NCBI GenBank assembly: GCA_964621445.1
Contig: CAZUNO010000002.1
Coordinates: forward strand, 64,001 to 128,000
Direction of reading: 5' to 3'
DNA from: Candidatus Hadarchaeota archaeon
Lineage (GTDB): Archaea > CAYQAE01 > CAYVLA01
DNA: 64,000 nucleotides
The stretch's first letter is position 1; the number at the start of each line of letters is the position of its first letter. The notes under the pieces are model-generated. The model saw only the letters and a program-made list of their open reading frames with translations. It made no database searches and was not told the origin of the DNA. Below are positions 1-10,200 of this stretch, one piece after another. The position numbers and the translations under genes are program-made.

Positions 1-885
1 AGCGATCCTCTTATTTCCCTTGGCCTTTCTTAAAAATACCCGGTGGGTGCACTGGTGGGCAACTATATTCCCCCCTACGGGGGCTACCTGATCACCCAGA
101 AGCATATCCACCTTGGCAAGTACCTGATTGGTCACCAAAACGGCAAGGTTGTGCATGTCCGCCAGTTTCTGTAGTTCGTGTACGTGCCGGTTCAGTTTTT
201 GTTGTCTCTCGGCCAGCAGAGCCCTTCCCGCATATTCCGACCTGAAATATGAGGTGAGGGAGTCAACGATCAGGATCCGGACATTCCAATCATCGGCGAT
301 ATTCTCCACCTCGCGAACCAATTCCATCTGATGGTCCGAGCTCTTCGCCTTTCCCACCTTGATATTGGTCAGGATATCCGAGCCGTCCTTATCCAGGTAT
401 TCGGCCATCTGGATTATTCTCTCCGGCCTAAAGGTATTTTCGGTATCGATATACACCACCCTTCCACCAATGCCTCCCTTTTCCTCTGGAAGCTGTACCA
501 TTACCGCGGCCTGGTGGGCTATCTGGGTCTTGCCGGAGGCAAACTCGCCGTACAGTTCCGTAATGGCCTGTGTCTCGATCCCGCCTCCCAGAAGGGTGTC
601 CAGACGCTCGCTTCCGGTGGGTACCTTGCGCACCTGTCCCCTCTTTTCAAGAATGATATCGGCGGTCTCGAAACCCATGTTCATTACCGATCTCGCCGAT
701 CTGATTATCCTCTCCGCCGTATCCTCTGAAATGGAAAGGTCCCCCGACAGTACTACCGGGGATTGTACGGCCAGGTTTCGTATGGTACTGTAACCAGCCT
801 CCCGCAATTTCTTGGCCGTGGACGGTCCCACTGAATCCAGGGACTCGATATCATCGGCCTCTTGCTCCGGGCTAGTAGCGGCCAT
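1..885 (-). CDS. radA: DNA repair and recombination protein RadA (3' end runs off the window)
   Basis: Not in the ORF track. Minus-strand frame from ATG at 885: MAATSPEQEADDIESLDSVGPSTAKKLREAGY (HhH), Walker A GEFASGKTQ, YIDTENTFRPERI, DSLTSYFRSEYAGRALLAERQQKL. The start overlaps the RPA stop (TAATG). Confidence 0.95.
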   Translation of the reverse strand, partial: MAATSPEQEADDIESLDSVGPSTAKKLREAGYSTIRNLAVQSPVVLSGDLSISEDTAERIIRSARSVMNMGFETADIILEKRGQVRKVPTGSERLDTLLGGGIETQAITELYGEFASGKTQIAHQAAVMVQLPEEKGGIGGRVVYIDTENTFRPERIIQMAEYLDKDGSDILTNIKVGKAKSSDHQMELVREVENIADDWNVRILIVDSLTSYFRSEYAGRALLAERQQKLNRHVHELQKLADMHNLAVLVTNQVLAKVDMLLGDQVAPVGGNIVAHQCTHRVFLRKAKGNKRIA

Positions 886-2726
886 TAATTATCACCCGAT
901 AATTCCTCCACCATGGAGACTACCTCTTTCCTCGGGTCCGGTACCTCAACCTCTCCAACTCTAAGACATTCGTTGAGTAAAACCCCGGTGAACAGGAACT
1001 CCAATCCCTTTCGAAAACGGGACCTCATATCGTGAACGGGGCCATCATCGTTGAACAGGGGATCTGATCCCTTTCCGAAGATCGTGCATCGAACCTGGCC
1101 TGAGCCATCATCCAAAAGGCAGGAACAGATGGGTATTTCTTCGCCAAAAGAGGACGTGGTCCTGGCGTCAGTTAAAGCCACGGCTGCTGCGCGTATCTCT
1201 GACCTAACGGCGGGCTCCAGGTCCCTGATGGTGGTCCGGGAAGGGCTCCCCTCCGGGGGCTTTGGTACCTCCTCCTGCAGGTTATTAACCTGGCCCTGGG
1301 ACGAGACATGGACTTCTCCCAGATCATTGACCTTGACACCGGTCAACTTGATTGTGGCCCCCGGCTCCATATCCTTAACACTTTCCACGTGGCCATTCCA
1401 AAACACGGTGGTGGTTCTCCCGGTAACGTCTCCTACCACCGTCCGTACCAGCTTTGAATCCTCGAACTCCTCGGGAAGCCCCACCTCAATCATACGAACA
1501 TCAAGATCGACATTGGACATTCCGGGCTGCAGGTCGCAAATCAAAGGCTCGAAATCCTCAACTTCGATCACCACACGGCCTCTCCAGCCCACGTGAATCT
1601 CAAGTTCATCGTTTCTACCCTTCTTGGTGTATGCGTTTTCAACCGTGACCTCCGAGCCCTCGACCAGGTTATCGGCCATATCCGCGGCCTCCCCCCAGAG
1701 AACGAGTCTGATCTCTCCTGTATCATCGCTAATTATTAGGTTGGCTACCTTACCTTCCTCACCATTTATGCGACTGAAGCTCCTCTTGCCAAAATTCCTC
1801 TCCACCCTGCCACGGACATCCACATCCCTCATCGAATCGGTTACCTTGGAAATGGGGGTCAGGTTTGATTCAATCTCCGGGAGATCGCCTCCGCTTTCCT
1901 CTTTTACCTCAATTTCCGAGGAGGAGGAACAGTGTATCTCCACGGCATCGTTAAAACCCTCCTTGGTATATGCCCCGGTTATCCTTACGACGCTCCCCTT
2001 TCTTAGCCTCCGTATACCTTCAGTTTTTTCATTCCAGAGGGAAACTCGGATCTCCCCAGTTTCGTCCCGGAGGAAAACAGACACAACCCTGCCCTCCCTA
2101 CCATCGGCTCTATTGAAGGTGTTCACGCTGGACACGGAGGACACCACCCCCTCTATGGTCACGTCCCTCATGCCATTCTCGACGTCCCCCACCTTGACCT
2201 CGGTTTCCTCTAACTCGGGCATCGATTCCGATATGGCCGGATTCACCACCAGCCTGCCCCGACGACCTATATGGACTTCCACGTCTCCCGACAGCCCGGT
2301 CCTGGTATAACCCGACCTTACCTGAACAACATCTCCCCGTTTCACTCTCTTCTTCTCAACGGGCTTGGTCTTCTCCCCCCAAAGAACCAAACGAACGTCC
2401 CCCGTCTCATCCATGATCCTTAGATTGGCTACCTTACCTGAACCGTCATCCCGTTCAAATTCACGTACACCGTAGACCCTAAGCACCCGACCCGCAATGT
2501 CCACGCTGCTCATTCCCGGGCTAAGGTTCTTGATCTTGAAGCTGACTTCGGGCGCCTTGAACTTGGCTCCCATCTCCCTGGCCAGTAGCTTAGCCGCTCC
2601 TACCTCGCTCAGAAGTCCATAGTGTTCCTTAACCTTGTCCTGGATCCTGGACCTGAACTCCTCCAAAGTAACTCGGTCACTAACCTTCTCGTATACGTCC
2701 TTGATTGCTTGGAGGTCGTCTGACAT
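885..2726 (-). CDS. rpa: Replication protein A, multi-OB-fold ssDNA-binding protein
   Basis: Repeated OB-fold motifs (GKVANL..DETG.IR.VLW); directly upstream of radA. Confidence 0.9.
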   Translation of the reverse strand: MSDDLQAIKDVYEKVSDRVTLEEFRSRIQDKVKEHYGLLSEVGAAKLLAREMGAKFKAPEVSFKIKNLSPGMSSVDIAGRVLRVYGVREFERDDGSGKVANLRIMDETGDVRLVLWGEKTKPVEKKRVKRGDVVQVRSGYTRTGLSGDVEVHIGRRGRLVVNPAISESMPELEETEVKVGDVENGMRDVTIEGVVSSVSSVNTFNRADGREGRVVSVFLRDETGEIRVSLWNEKTEGIRRLRKGSVVRITGAYTKEGFNDAVEIHCSSSSEIEVKEESGGDLPEIESNLTPISKVTDSMRDVDVRGRVERNFGKRSFSRINGEEGKVANLIISDDTGEIRLVLWGEAADMADNLVEGSEVTVENAYTKKGRNDELEIHVGWRGRVVIEVEDFEPLICDLQPGMSNVDLDVRMIEVGLPEEFEDSKLVRTVVGDVTGRTTTVFWNGHVESVKDMEPGATIKLTGVKVNDLGEVHVSSQGQVNNLQEEVPKPPEGSPSRTTIRDLEPAVRSEIRAAAVALTDARTTSSFGEEIPICSCLLDDGSGQVRCTIFGKGSDPLFNDDGPVHDMRSRFRKGLEFLFTGVLLNECLRVGEVEVPDPRKEVVSMVEELSGDN

Positions 2727-2815
2727 TGGTATCCTCGCAGATCCCCATCACCCCAAACAGCATTTAGTCTTATATAGTTTACCGGAGGGGAATCTGAAAT
2801 TTCCTGAAACAAGGT

Positions 2816-3127
2816 CTACTTATTGAAATCCAGGTCAACACCACAATCCGGGCATTGCCCTCCGTAAGAGCCAAAACAAATCTTGCAGAGGATCTTGCCG
2901 CACTCCGGACATGTGAAGTACCCCCTCTTCATGGAGGTCGTTCCACAAACCGCGCAGGAAATGGTCTCCTTCTCGAAATGTTCAAGATCAATGCCGCAAT
3001 CGGGGCAATTCAGATCGTTCTCCTTTGCACACTTCTCGCAAAGCATCTTCCGGCAATATGGACAGCGATAATAACCGGTCTCTGGTAAGGGGGTCTCACA
3101 AAGGGCACATACTCTTTCTTTGGCCAA
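2816..3127 (-). CDS. Tandem Cys8 (C4C4 RING-like) zinc-finger protein
   Basis: Two repeats of CxxC-x11-CxxC-x4-CxxC-x7-CxxC; likely TTG start at 3127 after a GGTGA RBS (ORF track extends to 3199). Confidence 0.75.
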   Translation of the reverse strand: MAKERVCALCETPLPETGYYRCPYCRKMLCEKCAKENDLNCPDCGIDLEHFEKETISCAVCGTTSMKRGYFTCPECGKILCKICFGSYGGQCPDCGVDLDFNK

Positions 3128-3258
3128 TGGTTTCACCTGGGCTAGAGATATTATTGTCACCGGATCCCTCTCCTGACTTAATAATATATCCGTAACCATT
3201 CAAAACGGGCCGCCCGGGAGGGAAAACCTTTTTCCCAAAATAATCCCCACCAATATGG

Positions 3259-3990
3259 ATGAAGAGAAGATTCAGGGTGATGCCCGCGGTCGACATTAAG
3301 GAAGGGAAGTGCGTGACCTTGGTGGGGGGAGACCCATCCAAGCGGATTTCCGAGCTCGAGGACCCACTCCTGCAGGCCAGGAGATGGGAGAGATGTGGGT
3401 CAAGCATACTACACGTCATAGACCTGGATGGCGCATTGGGGGGACTTCCCGCCAACCTCGACCTAGTCAAGGATATAGCCCGTAAACTGGATATACCGGT
3501 TCAGTTTGGAGGGGGCATTAGAAGCTTGGAAGCAGCGGAGAAGATATTGAATTCGGGCATTTGGAGGATAATTCTTGGAACCCTGGCCCTACATGAGCCA
3601 TCGGTAATAGGGGACCTCTCATCAAGGTTTGACCCGGAGAGGATAATGGTCGCCCTTGATTTCAAGGAAGACAGGGTATTGACCCATGGCTGGAAATCCC
3701 GGTCGGATATTGACCCCTTTACTGCTGCCCAAAGATTCGAAAAATTGGGCGCGGGAAGCGTGCTATTCACAAACGTTGAAGTTGAGGGTAGGATGAAGGG
3801 GCTCCCTATGAAACCCATAAGGAAGATGGTTCGATCAGTTGATATGGAGGTCATTGCCAGCGGGGGCGTTTCCTCGATCGAGGACATAATCTCCATTAAG
3901 AGGGCAGGAGCACAAGGGGCGGTGGTGGGTGCCGCAATATACACGGAAAGAATTAATCTGCGGGAAGCAATAGACCGAGCAGAGAGATAG
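3259..3990 (+). CDS. hisA: ProFAR isomerase HisA
   Basis: PAVDIKEGKCV, LHVIDLDGA, QFGGGIRS, IASGGVSS motifs. Confidence 0.93.
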   Translation: MKRRFRVMPAVDIKEGKCVTLVGGDPSKRISELEDPLLQARRWERCGSSILHVIDLDGALGGLPANLDLVKDIARKLDIPVQFGGGIRSLEAAEKILNSGIWRIILGTLALHEPSVIGDLSSRFDPERIMVALDFKEDRVLTHGWKSRSDIDPFTAAQRFEKLGAGSVLFTNVEVEGRMKGLPMKPIRKMVRSVDMEVIASGGVSSIEDIISIKRAGAQGAVVGAAIYTERINLREAIDRAER

Positions 3991-4587
3991 GTGAAGATAA
4001 TGCTTAAGATAGAGAGGCAAAGGGAGACGAAGGAGACGGATGTATCCATTACCATGGATTTTGATGGATCCGGAAAATCCTCGATAAGTACCGGACTACC
4101 CTTCTTCGACCACATGTTAACCTCCATGGCCAGACATGGAAGGATAGACACCGAGATAGATGTTGAGGGGGATCTTGATGTAGACGACCATCACGTTACC
4201 GAGGACGTGGGAATAGTTCTCGGCGAGGTGATCCTGCAGGCCCAAAAGGAAAGACCCTCGATCCGACGCTTTGGGAGCGCCATAATACCCATGGATGATG
4301 CGCTTATACTCATGGCCATTGACCTTGGGGGCCGGACCTACGTGGATCTAAAGGTCGACTTCAAGAAGGAGTATGTCGGAAGCTTCGTCCTGGATAACAT
4401 CAAGCACTTCATGAGATCGATGGCCGATACCGCCTACATGAATCTCCATGCACACAAGTTATCGGGCAGCGACGATCACCACCTGGCGGAGGCACTATTC
4501 AAGAGCCTGGGAATAAGCCTCTCCCAAGCCCTGAAAAAGGATCCCTCACTCTCCGGAGAGATTCCCAGCACCAAGGGCAGGATCTAG
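3991..4587 (+). CDS. hisB: Imidazoleglycerol-phosphate dehydratase
   Basis: RETKET, FFDHML, DDHHVTED, DDHHLAEALFK, PSTKG. Confidence 0.96.
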   Translation: MKIMLKIERQRETKETDVSITMDFDGSGKSSISTGLPFFDHMLTSMARHGRIDTEIDVEGDLDVDDHHVTEDVGIVLGEVILQAQKERPSIRRFGSAIIPMDDALILMAIDLGGRTYVDLKVDFKKEYVGSFVLDNIKHFMRSMADTAYMNLHAHKLSGSDDHHLAEALFKSLGISLSQALKKDPSLSGEIPSTKGRI

Positions 4588-5249
4588 GACGCTTCATTTC
4601 TTAGGGCTTTTAGGATAAGGAAAATGGCCACCCTTATCCCGCACCACACGGTAACCCCCCGCACGTACTTTTCATACTTTACCGGTACCTCCTTTACCCG
4701 TAGACCCTTGCGCCTCGCCTCGTACAGCAGCTCCGACTCTATCTCGTACTGGTTGGCGGTTAGGTCCATTCCTTCAAGAGCCGAGGCTCGTATGGCCTTC
4801 AACCCGCTCTGGCTATCCCTGACTGGGTTTCGAGTAATCGCATTGGTCAGCTTGGTAAGTCCCCAGTTCCCGATCCTCATGATAAGGGGCGCCGAATCGA
4901 AATAATTGACCCGGTTTCCCAGAACTATGTCCGCCTCGTCATTGAGGATGGGCTCCACCAGGTTGGGGATGTCACTCGGGTAGTGCTCGCCATCACCGTC
5001 AAGCCTTAGAATGATCTCGGCGTCGTATTCCTCCGCTTTCTCCAGCCCTTTCCTGTATGCTGATCCAACTCCCTGGTTCCTATCGATCTTGAACACCTTA
5101 GCCCCTCCCGCAGTCGCCTCCTGGGAGGATAGATCGGTGCTCCCATCATCGATCACTATAACGTTGTCCACATACTTTGAGGCCTCACGGGCTATTTCCT
5201 GAATGGTTTTCTCCTCGTTGTGGACCGGGATCACGCAAATGGTCTTCAA
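4584..5249 (-). CDS. GT2 glycosyltransferase, polyprenol/dolichol-phosphate sugar synthase-like (DPM1/ArnC-like, soluble)
   Basis: VIPVHNEE, DDGSTD, NQGVG, LDGDGEH, DSQSGLKA, YEIESE motifs. Confidence 0.85.
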   Translation of the reverse strand: MKTICVIPVHNEEKTIQEIAREASKYVDNVIVIDDGSTDLSSQEATAGGAKVFKIDRNQGVGSAYRKGLEKAEEYDAEIILRLDGDGEHYPSDIPNLVEPILNDEADIVLGNRVNYFDSAPLIMRIGNWGLTKLTNAITRNPVRDSQSGLKAIRASALEGMDLTANQYEIESELLYEARRKGLRVKEVPVKYEKYVRGVTVWCGIRVAIFLILKALRNEAS

Positions 5250-5297
5250 GTATAATCCCTTACCGTTTGGCTTGAAAGATATCCCGAAAATGCCACC

Positions 5298-5999
5298 TCA
5301 TTTTCTACTCCAGGCAGCGTCTGGTCCCTCATCCACTATCTTTCCATCAACTATGACCAAACCTCTCTTGCAATGCTTAAGAAAGTTGGGATCATGGCTT
5401 ACCGTGATAATGGTTACCCCCAGGTCCTCGTTTACCCTTCCCAGCAGCTCGTAAACCCTTTCCGATGACCTCGAGTCCAGATTTCCGGTCGGCTCGTCCG
5501 CCAGAAGTATTTTTGGATTATTCGCCAGTGCCCGGGCTATGGCAATTCTCTGTTGTTCCCCACCGGATAGCTGATCAGGCTTATTTAAAGCCCTCTGCTT
5601 GAGCCCGATCAACCCAAGCAATTCGCTGGATCTACTGCTCCTGGACTGGCTATCCTTACCTGATAGGACCATGGGGAATTCGATGTTTTCAACCGCGGTT
5701 AGGGTTGGTATGAGATTATATGACTGGAATACAAATCCAATGGTGTGCAGTCTAAGATCCGATAACTCGTCATCGGAAAGCTGTGAGGTATCGCGTCCGA
5801 ATATCTCTACCAGTCCCGAATTTGGTCTATCCAGACAACCCAAAACGTTCAGAAGGGTCGTTTTTCCGGACCCGGAAGGGCCGGAGACTAACACGAAATC
5901 AGCTTCATCTACACTCAAGCTTACTTCTAGGAGCGCTTCCACCTCGATTTCGCCCGCTTTGTAGATTTTTCGCACTTTACGAGTCTCTACTGCCTTCAA
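5298..5999 (-). CDS. ABC transporter ATP-binding subunit, LolD/MacB family
   Basis: GPSGSGKTT, IGFVFQSYNLIP, LSGGEQQRIAIARAL, ADEPTGNLD. Confidence 0.93.
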   Translation of the reverse strand: MKAVETRKVRKIYKAGEIEVEALLEVSLSVDEADFVLVSGPSGSGKTTLLNVLGCLDRPNSGLVEIFGRDTSQLSDDELSDLRLHTIGFVFQSYNLIPTLTAVENIEFPMVLSGKDSQSRSSRSSELLGLIGLKQRALNKPDQLSGGEQQRIAIARALANNPKILLADEPTGNLDSRSSERVYELLGRVNEDLGVTIITVSHDPNFLKHCKRGLVIVDGKIVDEGPDAAWSRK

Positions 6000-6055
6000 T
6001 TTGGCCCCTCAGGGAGCTGGGAAACCCTTTAAAAGTATTCTGATAAATATTCCCC
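6000..6055. promoter_or_regulatory. Short divergent promoter region between the ABC ATPase/GT2 unit and the permease operon
   Basis: 56-bp intergenic stretch between head-to-head genes, with a TATA-like TTTAAAA at about 6028-6034. Confidence 0.45.
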
Positions 6056-7207
6056 ATGGCCGAGGCCCAATCGATCTGGAAGATGGCCTTTAGGAACCTC
6101 TCGAATCAGAACAAGACCACTATACTAACAGTGGCGGCCATAGCAGTCTGTGTGATGACCTTTGTCTCCATCTTCTCAATCCTCGACGGCCTCCAGTTGT
6201 CCGTTGAGAAGGTAATTAGAGGCTTCTACGGGGAGGAAGGTAGAAGTGCATATGTACTTCCCGCTTCGGATGAAATCGAACAGGGACTTATACCCCGTGC
6301 GGTGGCCGAGGAATATAGAGGACTTGATGATGTATACGGCCTTTCCGAGGAGGATGTGGTGAATTCTTACTACCAGGGAAGAGAGGTGGACCTTCTCGGA
6401 GTTAATCTGGATGACCTTGACGCCACCCACGGATTCCAGGGAATTGATGGCAGGAGCATGGAGAAGGGACCGGAATGCATGGTGGGCTCCACGGCCGCCG
6501 AAATACTTGGCATAGATGTCGACCAAGAGATATCATTGGAACTGGATGACAGCACCGTCGACCTTTTGGTTACGGGAATATACGAGGCCAAGACGTCCCT
6601 CAATGCGAATATCCTGGTGAATAACGAATTCCTTTCCTCCAGAATTCCCCGGTTTAAGGTCAATACCTCCATGCTGCGTATTAAGCTCAAGACGGGAAAC
6701 CTGGAATCGGTAGCCGAATTCACCGAGGAAAACCACCCCGAACTCAGAATCAAGGAATCTGTTCAGGTGAGCAAGTTCTTCCAGAAATCCATCATAAACA
6801 TCTCCCGCCTTCTCAGCACCATCATTATTTTCGTTATACTGCTGATGGTCCTTGGTATATACAATTCAATGAACATGGTGGTTTCGGAGCGAAAAAGGGA
6901 AATTGGGATAATAAGGGCTATGGGAGCCAGGAGGTCCTTCATAGTCAAACTGTTCATGGCCGAAAGTACTATGCTTTCACTTCTAGGGGGCTTATTCGGG
7001 GTCGGGTTGGGAATAGCCATGTCGCATGGAATCACATCGATCTTTTCCATCTTCGTTGCCGGTTCCTCATCTGTCGCTCCCCTCACCAAGCTCACCACCA
7101 TTGGCTGGGCCATGTTTGCCTCCCTGTCGATAGGGCTAATTGGAGGAATTTCCCCGGCAAGTAATGCCTCCAAGGTGGAAATCTCAAGAGCCCTCACGGA
7201 GGTGTGA
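6056..7207 (+). CDS. ABC permease, MacB/LolCE/FtsX family
   Basis: N-terminal TM (MAFRNL...), extracytoplasmic core, C-terminal 3 TM with ERKREIGIIRAMGA. Confidence 0.9.
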   Translation: MAEAQSIWKMAFRNLSNQNKTTILTVAAIAVCVMTFVSIFSILDGLQLSVEKVIRGFYGEEGRSAYVLPASDEIEQGLIPRAVAEEYRGLDDVYGLSEEDVVNSYYQGREVDLLGVNLDDLDATHGFQGIDGRSMEKGPECMVGSTAAEILGIDVDQEISLELDDSTVDLLVTGIYEAKTSLNANILVNNEFLSSRIPRFKVNTSMLRIKLKTGNLESVAEFTEENHPELRIKESVQVSKFFQKSIINISRLLSTIIIFVILLMVLGIYNSMNMVVSERKREIGIIRAMGARRSFIVKLFMAESTMLSLLGGLFGVGLGIAMSHGITSIFSIFVAGSSSVAPLTKLTTIGWAMFASLSIGLIGGISPASNASKVEISRALTEV

Positions 7208-10200
7208 ACATAGAGAGCCGTCTTCTCCATGCCATGAAGATATTTCCTCGTCACAGAATGTGGCTATCCTTAGCCGGGATAATGGTATGCGCCATTCTCT
7301 TCTTCGGGGTGCTCTCCGTGGTTCACTGGCTTAGCTATTCCTCAACCTCCTACTTCGGAGAGCAAGAGGGCATATACGTACTGGCGCAGGAGGAGGCGGC
7401 CACCGTCAAACAATCACAAGTTCCCCTCGCCCTGGCTCCGGCACTAACCAGGATGAATGGAATCCAGGTGGTTTGCCCCGAACTCTTCATATATGGGGTG
7501 TTAAATGATAAGGCTGTCATAATCCGTGGGATATTCCCATCGGATTTCCAATCACTTGAACCGGTCACCCTGATTCAAGGGCGGTGGCTCAGGGACGACG
7601 ATATCAAGGCCGCCGTGGCTGGCCAGAATCTAGCCCGAAAACTGGATCTGAAGGTGAACGATACCTACCTGCTTTCAGGATCCGAGGTTGATGACTTCGT
7701 CAGGATCAGGATCGTGGGCATCTTCAAGGGAGGGGGAATGATTGATGACGACCTACTCATGAACATACACTACGCCAGGTATCTCCAACAGGAAACACAA
7801 CCCGGTTATGCCTCAATAATCCGGGCCAAGGTCAACACCACCATCTGGCCCAGCGTAGAAAGCATCTGGCAATCGGTCAGCGGACTTCCCAATATAACGC
7901 CGCTCCAATATGAACCAACTGCTCCCAACAACACCCAGAGACTGCATTTCACCTGCAATGCCACAGCTCATACCGAAGTGGGCTCGGTCATACTCTACTA
8001 CAAAAAGCAGGGTCTCCATCGCACAATCCAAAAGACCATGATAAAGGGAAATTCAAGTCAGTTTAGGACCCAGATCGGCCCTGTGAAGGACTCCTCATGG
8101 GTACTTTGTTGGGCCAACGCCACTGATATTTTGGGCCACGATCGACGGACGCCTGAGGTTAACATCTCAATAACAGATGCCCTGGGACCGGACATATTCG
8201 ATCTGACAATTGAACCGCCCCCGCCCCAGACAAAGGATCACCTGGTAAACGTCTCCTTCAAGGTATTCGATACAAGCGAAATGGTCAGGAACGTAACCGT
8301 CCACACATATAATGTTGGACTTAATCGTACATTCCACGGAAAGGACTCCACGGGGCGGGCTTACGAGCTAACCCTGGGAAGGTTTGAACCGGGACCATTG
8401 ACCCTTTGGATATCCGCCCGGGATAGATTCGGCAATCTGGCACGAACGGCTCGATACAGGTACAGGATCCTCAATAGGACCGATCAATCCCCTCCCGAAA
8501 TAGGTGAGATGGTATTCGAGCCTGACCCCCCGAATGACAACTCCACCCTGACCGTGAACGTTCCAATGTTCGATGACTCAGAGATCGTTACCGCCGACCT
8601 TATCTATGACTATCAGGTCAAGGGCATTCACTACAATGGGACCCTTAAGATGAATAGAAGCCAGGCCCAGGAGGGCCTTTGGGAAGCGGTAACCGGTTCC
8701 TTTCCGGGTGCCACAACGATTCATTTCAGGATATTCGCCAGGGACCAATTCGGGAACGCCGTATACTCGGAGACCAGGGATGTATTCGTGAGATACTCGG
8801 AGCCACCGGAGGAGCTCCAGGTCTACAGATTCCCCCAATATTCCACTCCCGGCCTCAATAATCTGGTATTCGCCGTTCTCTACGACGCGGCGGAGATCCA
8901 GGAGGTCAACTTCACCTTCGTGGAAGCGGGTAGATGGACCAACCTCTCCATACCCGTGGGGATAACTACCTTTAGGGAACCCTTTCTCCTGGGGCGCCTA
9001 TCAACCGGGTTCAAGGAATATAATCTCTCCATGGAGGACAGGCGGGAAGAGGTGACCAGATATCCAGGACAGGGACTGGAAGGGTTCCTTGTTCAGCGAA
9101 AAAGACCCCACATAGAGGATATACAGTATTCCTCGACTGTAAGGAAGGGCTTTCCCCTAATGGTGACCTTCAGGGCAGTCGGCGTCTTCCCACTAAGCGA
9201 GGTATATACCACCGACTCCAGAGGGGTAGTGGAAAAATGCGAAAGGATTGAGGGTGAATATACCGCGATCCTGGGTCCATACTCCAAGCCGGGTGACTAC
9301 TCCTTCAGTATAACTACCCAGGACTGGGCGGGCAATACACGGACCATTGAAGACCGGGAATTCACCGTAGAGGAGGAATCGATAACCGATATCGACTTCA
9401 CGCCAAAACCGCCCATTCTGGGAGAGGAGCTAACCGTGACCTGTAGGGTGATCGGGGACTCTCCCCGCAAGAAGGTCCGGCTCATAGCACCTGTGGGCGG
9501 CAAGTACGTGTTGACTCCAATGGAATTGGAGGAGGGGAGGAGATTCGCGTCCATACCCATCGATAGCCCTGGTATTCTACCCTTCTCGGTACAGGTCGAG
9601 GATGGAGAGGATCTGATACGCTCAAAAACCGTACGGCTTAACGTCGGTTCCAACCACTCATCATTGTACCTGGCTCACAGCCCACCCCATCCTCTGAGTA
9701 CCCAGAATATAACAATCTCCATCTTTGCCAGGTCGGGTCATAACCTGAAATCGCTGGAACTGGAATGGAAAAATGGATCCCACGAGATTCCACATCGCAA
9801 GGTCTGGAGGCTAGAGGGGACGGAAACGAGATTAGACTTCAAACCGGGAAGGCAAATAGAGGGGACCCTTCTTTACAGGGCAATTCTTACCACTGAAATG
9901 GGTAGCCTTACCTATCCCCTGACGGAGGACGAGTGGCTCGGGATCTCCATCACCAAAAACCTGTTTACCCCCCCGGAAATTGGAAGATTATCCCTATCCC
10001 CCCAGACTTACGTGGGACTGGATGGGAACAGGGGACAGGATTTCCTTGTTGAGGTCGGTTGCCCAATTTCCTTTGACCAGGGTATATCCTCGGTTGAGAT
10101 AGATTACGTGGTAGACCAGAGAACCTATAACGAGCCACTCCTACCGGTTTCCCGGAAATACGGGCTCTCCTCAAGGTTTTATTCAGCCTATCTCGGTCCC

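Noticed and set aside
128-793. Plus-strand ORFs 128-331, 331-729 and 359-793
   Set aside because: Antisense shadows of radA, which the track missed because it runs off the window edge.
1051-2310. Long plus-strand ORFs (181 and 228 aa), and similar Ser/Pro-rich antisense ORFs throughout the window (e.g. 30096-30860, 48557-49270)
   Set aside because: They lie opposite well-supported genes and have the composition expected of reverse-complement frames.
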